The notes beneath the pieces are model-generated. The model did no database searches. It worked only from the letters and a program-made list of their open reading frames with translations, and was not told the DNA's origin. Both the position numbers and the translations under genes were made by a program. Source: an uncultured Bacilli bacterium (GTDB lineage: Bacteria; Bacillota_I; Bacilli_A; RF39; UBA660). From it: 64,000 bases of DNA. This document shows positions 1-7,662 of this stretch, piece by piece. The first letter of the stretch is position 1. Each line of letters opens with the position of its first letter. The stretch covers positions 35,925 through 99,924 of the forward strand of contig CANQCR010000004.1 in assembly GCA_947589735.1 (NCBI GenBank). Direction: 5' to 3'.

Positions 1-2
1 AC

Positions 3-317
3 TTATTATATATTCTTGATTATGAGTCACTAGAGTATCAAGAGGTTTTAGATCGTCTTTTAGCTAATGTTGGAAAAATTAGACCGACACGTGAAGAGTT
101 AGAGCGTAAAAAGAAAAGTTTTAAAAGTGGTTGTATATACCGTAGTGATAACATTTTTGGTATCAATAGTAAGATTAATAACAATATTATCAATTATGGC
201 AAAGTGGAGTTAAATGAGTTTGCTTTAATCGATTCTTTGAATATTGACGAGCTAAACGATATTTTAGATAATATCAGCTTTGAAAACTATAGTATTGTTA
301 TTATTAAAGATAAATAA
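3..317 (+). CDS. 3' end of an ORF truncated by the window edge; the tail resembles M16 (pitrilysin/insulinase)-like proteins of the YmfH/YfmH type
   Basis: Frame 3 is open from the window edge to TAA at 315-317. It is absent from the ORF track because it is partial. Translation: ...ELERKKKSFKSGCIYRSDNIFGINSKI...NIDELNDILDNISFENYSIVIIKDK. The family call rests only on a recalled C-terminal pattern. Confidence 0.35.
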   Translation, partial: LLYILDYESLEYQEVLDRLLANVGKIRPTREELERKKKSFKSGCIYRSDNIFGINSKINNNIINYGKVELNEFALIDSLNIDELNDILDNISFENYSIVIIKDK

Positions 318-369
318 AACTTGCTTTCTTTAAGTAAATATGATAAATTAATATCTAGTTGGGAGGTTT

Positions 370-576
370 ATGATGACAATAGCCTTAATTATTATTTGTA
401 TCTTATTAATTTCCTTTGTTTTATTACAAGGTGGCGCTGAAGGTGATGGTGGCCTTATCAGCGGTGGTAATAGTGATTTATTTGCTAATCGTAAAGAGCG
501 TGGTGGCGAATTATTTATGACGCGTTTTACTTTTGTTTTAGGATTAGCTTTTATGATTTTATGTGCTATTTTATAA
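370..576 (+). CDS. secG: preprotein translocase subunit SecG
   Basis: 68 aa with two hydrophobic segments flanking a Gly-rich loop (LLQGGAEGDGGLISGGNSDLF..RKERGGE). GGGAGG RBS precedes the ATG. Size and layout are typical of SecG. Confidence 0.85.
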   Translation: MMTIALIIICILLISFVLLQGGAEGDGGLISGGNSDLFANRKERGGELFMTRFTFVLGLAFMILCAIL

Positions 577-602
577 GTAATAATTTTTATTACTTTTTTT
601 TT
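577..602 (+). terminator. rho-independent terminator after secG
   Basis: GTAATAA-ttt-TTATTAC hairpin followed by a T9 run. Confidence 0.6.
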
Positions 603-643
603 ATATTCAATTATGATAAGATATTTTTATAAGGAGGAAAGTT

Positions 644-1930
644 ATGAATAATGTTTTACCATCAGATACCTTTGTTGTTATAAATAAGACAATAATTCAA
701 AATGATAACGACCTTCTTATCAATTTATATCAACCACTAATTGGAGCGATAGCCATTAGTCTTTATAATACTTTAGCAGCTTATCTAAACCGTGCGGAAG
801 TAATGTCTTTGGAATATACGCATAATACGCTTTTAAACAATATGATGTTAAGCTGTAATGAGTTTATGTTAGCAAGAGAAAAGTTAGAAGCAATTGGCCT
901 AATTAAGACTTATTTAAAGCGAGAAAGTGTGAATAATTATGTCTATGAATTATATTCACCACTAAGTGCGAAAGAGTTTTTAGATAATCCTATTCTTAAT
1001 ACAGCTTTAATGAATGCGGTCGGCGAAAAGGAATATGAACGCATTCTAGACTATTTTAAAGTTCCTAATATTAATCTTCGTAATTATGAAGATATTACGA
1101 GTAAGTTTAGTGATACATTCGTTTGGACAACAACGTTATCCCGTAATTTAGAAATGTATAATTTAAAAAATAAGAATACCCGGACGTTAAGTATTGTATC
1201 GAAAATTGATATTAACACTATCTTAAACTTAATCCCACCGGAACTATTGAATCATCGCAGTCTTACGAAAGATATGAAAGACTACTTAATGAAAATATCA
1301 TTTATTTATAATTATGATAATGAAGCGATGGTTGAACTTATTCGTAATTCTTTAACTGATCGGCATACGATTGATAAAAATAAATTAAAGGATAACGCTA
1401 TCAAGTATTATCAATATGATAATGCTGGTAAACTACCTAGTTTAATTTATCGTAAGCAACCTGAATATTTAAGAACAACTAAAGATGGCTTATCTAATCG
1501 GATGCGAATGATTAAGATGTTTGAAACAACCTCACCATATGATTTTCTTCAAAGTAAGTATCCAACAGGTACACCATCGGTTAGTGATTTAAAAATAGTT
1601 TCTTATTTACTATTAGATTTGGAATTACAGCCGGGGGTTGTTAATGTTTTAATCGACTATGTTCTTAAAATTAATAATAATAAACTAACCAAAGCTTTTG
1701 TTGATACGATTGCTTCGCAGTGGAAGAAAAGTAATATTGAAACCGTTGAGGATGCGATGGCGTTGGCTGAAAAGGAGTACCGGGAGCGTCATAATAAAAA
1801 AGAGATGAAAGCATCTCCTAAAAAAATTGCTAAAAAGCCGGAATGGTTTGATAAAGATATCAAAGAAGATACAGCTACTGATGAAGAAATAAAAGCTTTT
1901 GAAGCCTTATTAAAGGGGGATAAAAAGTGA
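644..1930 (+). CDS. dnaB: replication initiation and membrane attachment protein (Firmicute DnaB/DnaD-like; not the helicase)
   Basis: 428 aa with a C-terminal DnaD/DnaB-type domain (VVNVLIDYVLK...KAFVDTIASQWKKSNIETVEDA). Its stop overlaps the GTG start of dnaI (GTGA at 1927-1930), as in the Bacillus dnaB-dnaI operon. Confidence 0.8.
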   Translation: MNNVLPSDTFVVINKTIIQNDNDLLINLYQPLIGAIAISLYNTLAAYLNRAEVMSLEYTHNTLLNNMMLSCNEFMLAREKLEAIGLIKTYLKRESVNNYVYELYSPLSAKEFLDNPILNTALMNAVGEKEYERILDYFKVPNINLRNYEDITSKFSDTFVWTTTLSRNLEMYNLKNKNTRTLSIVSKIDINTILNLIPPELLNHRSLTKDMKDYLMKISFIYNYDNEAMVELIRNSLTDRHTIDKNKLKDNAIKYYQYDNAGKLPSLIYRKQPEYLRTTKDGLSNRMRMIKMFETTSPYDFLQSKYPTGTPSVSDLKIVSYLLLDLELQPGVVNVLIDYVLKINNNKLTKAFVDTIASQWKKSNIETVEDAMALAEKEYRERHNKKEMKASPKKIAKKPEWFDKDIKEDTATDEEIKAFEALLKGDKK

Positions 1931-2823
1931 AAAAACTTGAAATTAACGTTGATAATATGCCTAAGTTTGACTTAAAAAAAGAGTATCAAAAAGTCCTTAA
2001 AGATCCGGTTGTAGCCAAAATTGTAAAAGGCTTGAAATTACCTGATGAGATTTTGATGGAAAATACAACGATGCTAGAAAAAGCTGGGTGTGAATATCAT
2101 AACTGTTTAGAATGTAAAAGTCTTGCTACTTGCCCAAATAAAGTTAAGGGCCATGTCTATATGCCAATTAATGTTGATGGTAATTTAAACTTTGAATATC
2201 GTCCTTGTAAGTATTATCGTAAATTAAAACAAAATACCGAGTATTTGGATAGAGTTACATATCTAGGTTTACCTGACGCACTAAAAGAGGCATCAATCAG
2301 TAAGATTCATAAGACCGATAAAAATCGCTTTGATACGATTTTATGGATCAACAATTTTTATAAGGATTATCCTAATAATCAACATTTAAAAGGTCTTTAT
2401 CTGCATGGTAATTTTGGCTGTGGTAAATCATATATTATTTCGGCCTTGTTTAATGATTTAGCTAGAGATGGTTACCATAGTATGATTATCTTTTGGCCAG
2501 AGTTTGTAAGAGGAGCTTTCTTAGATAATTTTAATGATAATTTTATGAAAGCTAAAGAAACTCCGTTACTTTTAATTGATGATATTGGTGCGGAACATAT
2601 AACTGATTGGAATCGGGATGAAATATTATGCCCACTTTTACAATATCGAATGGACAATCATTTGCCTACTTTTTTTACATCAAACTTATCTTTAGAACAG
2701 TTGGAAGAATTTTTAGCTTATTCTAAATCCGGTGTTGATGCCGTTAAAGCATCTAGAATTATTGCGCGTATTAAACAATTAACAGAAACCAAAGAAATGC
2801 TTAGCAAAAATTTAAGAAATTAG
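1927..2823 (+). CDS. dnaI: primosomal helicase loader DnaI (AAA+)
   Basis: 298 aa. N-terminal Cys-rich zinc module (CEYHNCLECKSLATCP), Walker A GNFGCGKS, Walker B LLLIDDIGAE. AAGGGGGA RBS lies before the GTG. Confidence 0.88.
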   Translation: MKKLEINVDNMPKFDLKKEYQKVLKDPVVAKIVKGLKLPDEILMENTTMLEKAGCEYHNCLECKSLATCPNKVKGHVYMPINVDGNLNFEYRPCKYYRKLKQNTEYLDRVTYLGLPDALKEASISKIHKTDKNRFDTILWINNFYKDYPNNQHLKGLYLHGNFGCGKSYIISALFNDLARDGYHSMIIFWPEFVRGAFLDNFNDNFMKAKETPLLLIDDIGAEHITDWNRDEILCPLLQYRMDNHLPTFFTSNLSLEQLEEFLAYSKSGVDAVKASRIIARIKQLTETKEMLSKNLRN

Positions 2824-2833
2824 GTAAAAAAGG

Positions 2834-2862
2834 TTAACAAAGTTAGTTTTTTATGTTAGAAT
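2834..2862 (+). promoter_or_regulatory. sigma-A type promoter for the Thr T-box leader
   Basis: TTAACA, 17-nt spacer, TGt-TAGAAT (extended -10). Confidence 0.55.
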
Positions 2863-2865
2863 GTC

Positions 2866-3077
2866 TTTAGAGGCGAAGATAAAGGACACGATTTTATAGA
2901 GAGTTTTAAAGAGAACTAGTGGTTGGTGTAAACTAGGAAACAAACTATAATGTTACTACCTTTTAGCTGCGTTCGAAAGAAATGTCCGGTGTTAACCGTT
3001 ATCTTAATTAAGCGATAAATAAGGATGGTACCGCGTATTTGACGCTCCTTGTATTTTAATATACAAGGAGCTTTTTT
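2866..3077 (+). promoter_or_regulatory. T-box leader (threonine specifier), transcription-attenuation type
   Basis: Stem I elements are present (AGAGAG; distal loop CTAGTGGTTGGTGTAAACTAG). The specifier region is GTT-ACT-ACC at 2955-2960 (Thr codons). The T-box sequence AAGGA-TGGTACC-GCG at 3021-3035 forms a canonical antiterminator with ..CGCTCCTT. This competes with the terminator GCTCCTTGTAT/ATACAAGGAGC (3044-3071) plus T6. Confidence 0.88.
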
Positions 3078-3096
3078 CATTCTTGGAGGTTTTATT

Positions 3097-3681
3097 ATGG
3101 CAGATAAGAAAAAGGATGATAAAAGACGTTTAAAGGGGTTAAAAGATCAAGCGATGACAATGACATCTTTTCTTGCGCGCTTTTTGGGTATTCATAATCC
3201 GGCTTTGATGCAAGAAGGACTTACCCATCGTGATTTAGCGAAAATGTTCCCTAATTTAAAACGAACGAGTTACGCTCACATTTTGGATAATCCGCAGACG
3301 GTATATTGTGGTGAGGTTGTTTTAGTTGTCGATATTGCTAATGAAGTAATTCCTTATGTTGTACCTGAAGAATTACGTTATCTTGAGGATATGGGAATGT
3401 CTTCCGTTATGGATGATGATGAATGGTTAGAAGCAAGTCCAGAAACATGGACGACGGAAACAACACTACCAAACATTAACGATTATAATTTGTCATCAAT
3501 GTCGACTTATGATTTGTCGTGTTTACTAAAAATATATAGTCACACAGGTCAAATTGGCAATTATAATAAAGTACGCCGGGAACTTATTAGTAGACCAGAT
3601 AGTCTTCAAGCGACAAGGGCTAGTAAGGAACGGGCCAAGAAGAAGACATTAAAATTTGAAAGACATTATGAAGAAGATTAG
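3097..3681 (+). CDS. hypothetical protein (194 aa), co-transcribed with thrS behind the T-box
   Basis: The track ORF 3049-3681 begins inside the T-box terminator. ATG at 3097 (MADKKKDDKRR...) has a GGAGG RBS 7 nt upstream. No motif recognised. Basic N and C termini with an acidic middle. Confidence 0.7.
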   Translation: MADKKKDDKRRLKGLKDQAMTMTSFLARFLGIHNPALMQEGLTHRDLAKMFPNLKRTSYAHILDNPQTVYCGEVVLVVDIANEVIPYVVPEELRYLEDMGMSSVMDDDEWLEASPETWTTETTLPNINDYNLSSMSTYDLSCLLKIYSHTGQIGNYNKVRRELISRPDSLQATRASKERAKKKTLKFERHYEED

Positions 3682-3692
3682 AGGGTGATAAA

Positions 3693-5447
3693 ATGATTAA
3701 TATCAAAGAAAATGAAAGATTAAATATTTTAAATCATAGTTGTGCTCATCTTTTAGCGCAAGCTGTTAAGCATCTTTATCCTGAAGCAAAGTTTTGGGTA
3801 GGACCAGTTGTTGAAGATGGCTTTTACTATGATATTGATTTAGGCGATAAGGTTATTAAAGAAGAGGACTTGGAACCTATCGAAAAAGAAATGAAACGTT
3901 TAGCTAAAGATGGCAAAAGAATCGTTCGTCATGAGATATCTAAAGAAGAAGCTTTAGATATGTTCAAAGATGATCCATATAAACTTGATTTAATTGAAAG
4001 AATGGACCCAAATGAGACTGTTATCAGTTGTTATACCCAAGGCGATTTTACGGATCTATGTCGGGGACCACATGTTGAGACTGTTAAAGAATTAAAGCAT
4101 TTTAAACTTTTAAAAATTAGTGGTGCTTACTGGAAAGGTGACGCTAAAAATAAAATGCTTCAACGTATTTATGGTGTTTGCTTTGAAACAGCTGAAGAGT
4201 TAGATGCTCACTTACAAGAATTAGAAGAAGCTAAAATGCGTGATCACCGCAAAATTGGTAAAGAATTAGAACTATTTATGTCTGATGATTTAGTTGGACG
4301 AGGACTACCAATGTTCTTACCAAAGGGTTATATCGTATGGCAACAATTAGAAGATTACATTAAAGCTAAAGAACGTAAGTTAGGTTATCTACACGTTATG
4401 ACGCCTTGCGTTGGAACAGTTGATTTATATAAGACTAGTGGTCACTGGGATCACTATAAAGAAAATATGTTCCCAGCGATGGAGATTGATGGTGAGGCTT
4501 TCGTTTTAAGACCAATGAACTGTCCACATCATATGATGATCTATGCTAATAAGTTGCATTCATATAAGGAACTTCCAATTCGCATTGGTGAGGTTGCTCA
4601 TGATTTCCGTTATGAAGCAAGTGGCGCTGTTAAGGGCATTGAAAGAGCTCGTCATTTCTGTCAAAATGATGCGCATATCTTTGTAACACCAGAACAAATT
4701 AAAGATGAGTTTAAAAATGTTGTCGACTTAATTTTTGATGTTTACAAAGATTTCAATATTACGGATTATCGCTGTGTTTTATCCCTTCGTGATCCAGCTG
4801 ATAAAGAAAAGTATCATCCTGATGATGCGATGTGGGATAAGGCTGAAAATGAACTTCGGGCTGTTTTAAATGAACTTGGTATTGAATATACTGAAGAAAT
4901 CGGTGAAGCTGCTTTCTATGGACCAAAGTTAGATGTTAATGTTAAGCCAGCCGTTGGTAATGAATATACTTTATCAACTTGTCAATTAGATTTCTGCTTA
5001 CCAGCTAAGTTTGATTTAAAATATGTTGATGCTGATGGTGAGAAAAAGACACCTGTTGTCTTACACCGGGCTATTTTAGGATCATTAGATCGTTTTATGG
5101 CTTATATTATTGAAGAGACTAAAGGTAATTTACCACTATGGCTTGCGCCTGTTCAAGTAGAAATAATTCCAGTTAATAATGCATATCATCTTGACTATGC
5201 TAAAGAGGTTGAACAATTATTAGAACAAAATAACATTCGTGTTCATCTTGATGATAGGGAAGAGAAACTAAGCTATCGGATGCGGGAAGCTCAAACGAAA
5301 AAAATACCAATTACGTTAATTCTTGGTGATAAAGAAAAAGACGCTAATAGTATTAGTTACCGGACATTTGGAAATAGTGAGACTATATCTTTGTCCCAAG
5401 ATGCTTTTGTTAGTTATGTTTTAGAACAAATTAAATCATACAAGTAA
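3693..5447 (+). CDS. thrS: threonine--tRNA ligase, short form lacking the N-terminal TGS domain
   Basis: 584 aa. It starts at the editing-domain HxxxH region (NHSCAHLLAQAV). Class II motifs RPMNCPHHMMIY, FRYEASGA and HRAILGSLDRF are present. About 60 aa shorter at the N terminus than Bacillus ThrS as I recall it. Confidence 0.95.
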   Translation: MINIKENERLNILNHSCAHLLAQAVKHLYPEAKFWVGPVVEDGFYYDIDLGDKVIKEEDLEPIEKEMKRLAKDGKRIVRHEISKEEALDMFKDDPYKLDLIERMDPNETVISCYTQGDFTDLCRGPHVETVKELKHFKLLKISGAYWKGDAKNKMLQRIYGVCFETAEELDAHLQELEEAKMRDHRKIGKELELFMSDDLVGRGLPMFLPKGYIVWQQLEDYIKAKERKLGYLHVMTPCVGTVDLYKTSGHWDHYKENMFPAMEIDGEAFVLRPMNCPHHMMIYANKLHSYKELPIRIGEVAHDFRYEASGAVKGIERARHFCQNDAHIFVTPEQIKDEFKNVVDLIFDVYKDFNITDYRCVLSLRDPADKEKYHPDDAMWDKAENELRAVLNELGIEYTEEIGEAAFYGPKLDVNVKPAVGNEYTLSTCQLDFCLPAKFDLKYVDADGEKKTPVVLHRAILGSLDRFMAYIIEETKGNLPLWLAPVQVEIIPVNNAYHLDYAKEVEQLLEQNNIRVHLDDREEKLSYRMREAQTKKIPITLILGDKEKDANSISYRTFGNSETISLSQDAFVSYVLEQIKSYK

Positions 5448-5480
5448 TGACTAGTTAAATATGCTAGTCATTTCTTTTTG
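5448..5480 (+). terminator. rho-independent terminator after thrS
   Basis: TGACTAG...CTAGTCA hairpin followed by TTTCTTTTT. Confidence 0.6.
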
Positions 5481-5523
5481 CTTTTTTAATATCATTGTTG
5501 TATAATTATAATGAGGTGTTGAT

Positions 5524-6129
5524 ATGAATCATAATGAACCAATTAATACATCATCATTGGTGATGTCTGTTATCGTTTTAATTTTAGGTATTGTTTTATG
5601 CTTTGGGGGCATGAATGTTATTCTTGATTTATCAGGATATGTTGTTGGTGGTATATTAGTTTTAGCTGGTATTATTCGTTTTATAACCGGTTTAGTATCA
5701 TCGAGACGCGATAATACTAGTGGTTTAGGTTCAATTATTTCTAGTATTATTATTGTTGGGGTTGGTATTTTTGTTGCTTTTAGGTCTGATGTTATTGTTT
5801 TAACATTAAGTTTAATGATTGGCGCTTTTCTAATTTTTATGAGCATTCAAAGATTAATTTTAGGTATTGCTGTTCGTAAAGTTGATAAGACCGGTTCAAC
5901 GATTTTCCTTGTTGAAGCTATCGTTGTTATGCTTGTAGGCGTTGTCATTTTAACACAAAAGTTTTCTCAAATGTTAGGATTGTTCCTAATTATCTACGCT
6001 ATCTCAGAATTAGTTAGTTATATCTACTATACAACGCAACATAAAGATTATTCATCTGTTTTAAATAAAAAAGTAACGAAAGAGATGAAAGAAAGCGAAG
6101 CTAAAGATGCTATTATTGAAGAAGAGTAA
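5524..6129 (+). CDS. integral membrane protein (about 6 TM; possibly DUF308/HdeD-like)
   Basis: 201 aa with repeated Gly-rich hydrophobic helices (VVGGILVLAGIIRFITG; IIVGVGIFVAF) and a charged C-terminal tail. RBS GAGGTG. Confidence 0.7.
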   Translation: MNHNEPINTSSLVMSVIVLILGIVLCFGGMNVILDLSGYVVGGILVLAGIIRFITGLVSSRRDNTSGLGSIISSIIIVGVGIFVAFRSDVIVLTLSLMIGAFLIFMSIQRLILGIAVRKVDKTGSTIFLVEAIVVMLVGVVILTQKFSQMLGLFLIIYAISELVSYIYYTTQHKDYSSVLNKKVTKEMKESEAKDAIIEEE

Positions 6130-6146
6130 ATCTTCTTTTTTTTTTA
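6119..6146 (+). terminator. rho-independent terminator
   Basis: AAGAAGA-gtaaa-TCTTCTT overlapping the stop codon, followed by a T-run of about 10. Confidence 0.6.
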
Positions 6147-6206
6147 TTATTTATAGCGAGGTATGTTTAAATGTGTTATAATAGAGCTAATTTATAGGGA
6201 GGTTTT

Positions 6207-6848
6207 ATGGCACGAAAGAAGAGTAACCTTTTATCTTTATTAAGTAATTTTGATGAAGATAGAAAATATTATGTGGAAGAAATAAAAGGGGCAATTGAAC
6301 TTTTACCAGAGGAAGTTATAACTAAAGTTCAAGCTGTTTATGGTGTTAATTATGATGAAGTAATATCTGATGTTGACCCTCAAATATCTAAGTATGTCGC
6401 AACTTCGGTCATTCCAAAACTTAAAAAGATATTAAAAGAAAGTGCGCCAAAGAAAAAAGTAATGGTATCGCCTTCAACGGGTAGTAAGGATTCTAAACCA
6501 GAAGTAGTGCGTCATACTATTTTAAAACGGACAAAAAAATATACCGATCCTAACGCGGAGCCAGTTCAAGGTTTATTAACTTTAGATCCAATGCAAGTTA
6601 TTAAAGAAGTTATTAAAACAAAGACTTTAAGTGAAGTAGAAGATTATTTATCACAAGAAGAAGCTATTTTACTTATCCTAAGATTAGGAACATCAAAGCT
6701 AGGTACGTATACACCAGCAATGCTTGCTAAAATGTTTAATATGACGGAAGAAGAAATTGATGCAATGTTAGCAGCAGCTTTCGAGCGTTATCTAGATTAT
6801 TTTGAAAGTCTTAGAACATCTAATGGTTATCAAAAAGTAAATAAATAG
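6207..6848 (+). CDS. hypothetical protein with a C-terminal sigma-70 region-4-like HTH
   Basis: 213 aa. The C-terminal segment LSQEEAILLILRLG...YTPAMLAKMFNMTEEEIDAMLAAAFERY resembles sigma region 4. An extended -10 TGTGTTATAAT lies upstream, with a GGGAGG RBS. Confidence 0.6.
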   Translation: MARKKSNLLSLLSNFDEDRKYYVEEIKGAIELLPEEVITKVQAVYGVNYDEVISDVDPQISKYVATSVIPKLKKILKESAPKKKVMVSPSTGSKDSKPEVVRHTILKRTKKYTDPNAEPVQGLLTLDPMQVIKEVIKTKTLSEVEDYLSQEEAILLILRLGTSKLGTYTPAMLAKMFNMTEEEIDAMLAAAFERYLDYFESLRTSNGYQKVNK

Positions 6849-6861
6849 TAGAGGGTTTGGT

Positions 6862-7650
6862 ATGAGTAAGAAAAAAAATAAAAATAAAGAACGTACTCCT
6901 GTAACGCCAGAAAAGAAAGAATTAAGTTTAGCTGAACAGCAACTTTTAATTGATAAGTATCTTAAGAAGTATCAACGCTTTTCCTTTTTAACAGAATCTT
7001 TTTTAGAACAATTATTACAAAGTGTTGATCTTTACGCATCCTCACTCGATGTTAGCTTTGCCTTAGATAAAGCCATTAATTTATCAATATGTGACGTTAT
7101 CCGACAAGGTGATATGGACGCTATGATTGCTTTAGAAGACCAGTACTGGTTACCATTTACGCTTGTTTTAAGAAAATTTGGTGTCAAAGAAAAAGACTTT
7201 AAGGCGATGATTGAAGATATTCTTCTTGAGGTTATTGAAAAGTATGATGGCACGGATGCCTTTAATATCTATTTTACAAAAGTAGCTCGAAATTATATAA
7301 ATGAAAAAGAAAAAACATCTTTCTTTATGCAAACAAAACGCGAATTAAAAAAATTACCTGCTAAAGATAATATTGATGATATGCTTTTTATTGGTAATAG
7401 GTTAGGTATCCTACATAACATTCCGTTAGATGATCCTATCTTTGTTAAGTTTGTGATTTATCATTATGGTTATGATGGCTTTTATGCTACCGATGAAGCT
7501 ATCAAAAAAGAATTAAATCTTAGTGATGATGAATATAATAATTATCTAAAGAGAAGTTATCAAATAATAAGTAATTCGCTAAAAGATACTCTAGGTGAAT
7601 TAACTAGTAATAAAGGAGTTCAAAAGAAAAAAGAAAATATCCCAAAGTAG
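6862..7650 (+). CDS. divergent sigma-70 family-like protein (region 2-like and region 4-like segments)
   Basis: 262 aa. Region 2-like: LEDQYWLPFTLVLRKFGVKEKDFKAMIEDILLEVIEKYDGTDAFNIYFTKVARNYINEKEK. Region 4-like: FVKFVIYHYGYDGFYATDEAIKKELNLSDDEYNNYLKRSYQII. It starts 13 nt after the previous gene. Confidence 0.5.
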   Translation: MSKKKNKNKERTPVTPEKKELSLAEQQLLIDKYLKKYQRFSFLTESFLEQLLQSVDLYASSLDVSFALDKAINLSICDVIRQGDMDAMIALEDQYWLPFTLVLRKFGVKEKDFKAMIEDILLEVIEKYDGTDAFNIYFTKVARNYINEKEKTSFFMQTKRELKKLPAKDNIDDMLFIGNRLGILHNIPLDDPIFVKFVIYHYGYDGFYATDEAIKKELNLSDDEYNNYLKRSYQIISNSLKDTLGELTSNKGVQKKKENIPK

Positions 7651-7662
7651 GATATTTTTTTA
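7634..7662. terminator. bidirectional terminator between convergent genes
   Basis: AAATATCC-caaagta-GGATATTT hairpin flanked by an A-run and a T-run. It overlaps both stop codons. Confidence 0.5.

Noticed and set aside
3049-3096. 5' extension of the track ORF 3049-3681 (TTG start)
   Set aside because: It starts inside the T-box terminator hairpin and has no RBS. ATG 3097 has a GGAGG at ideal spacing.
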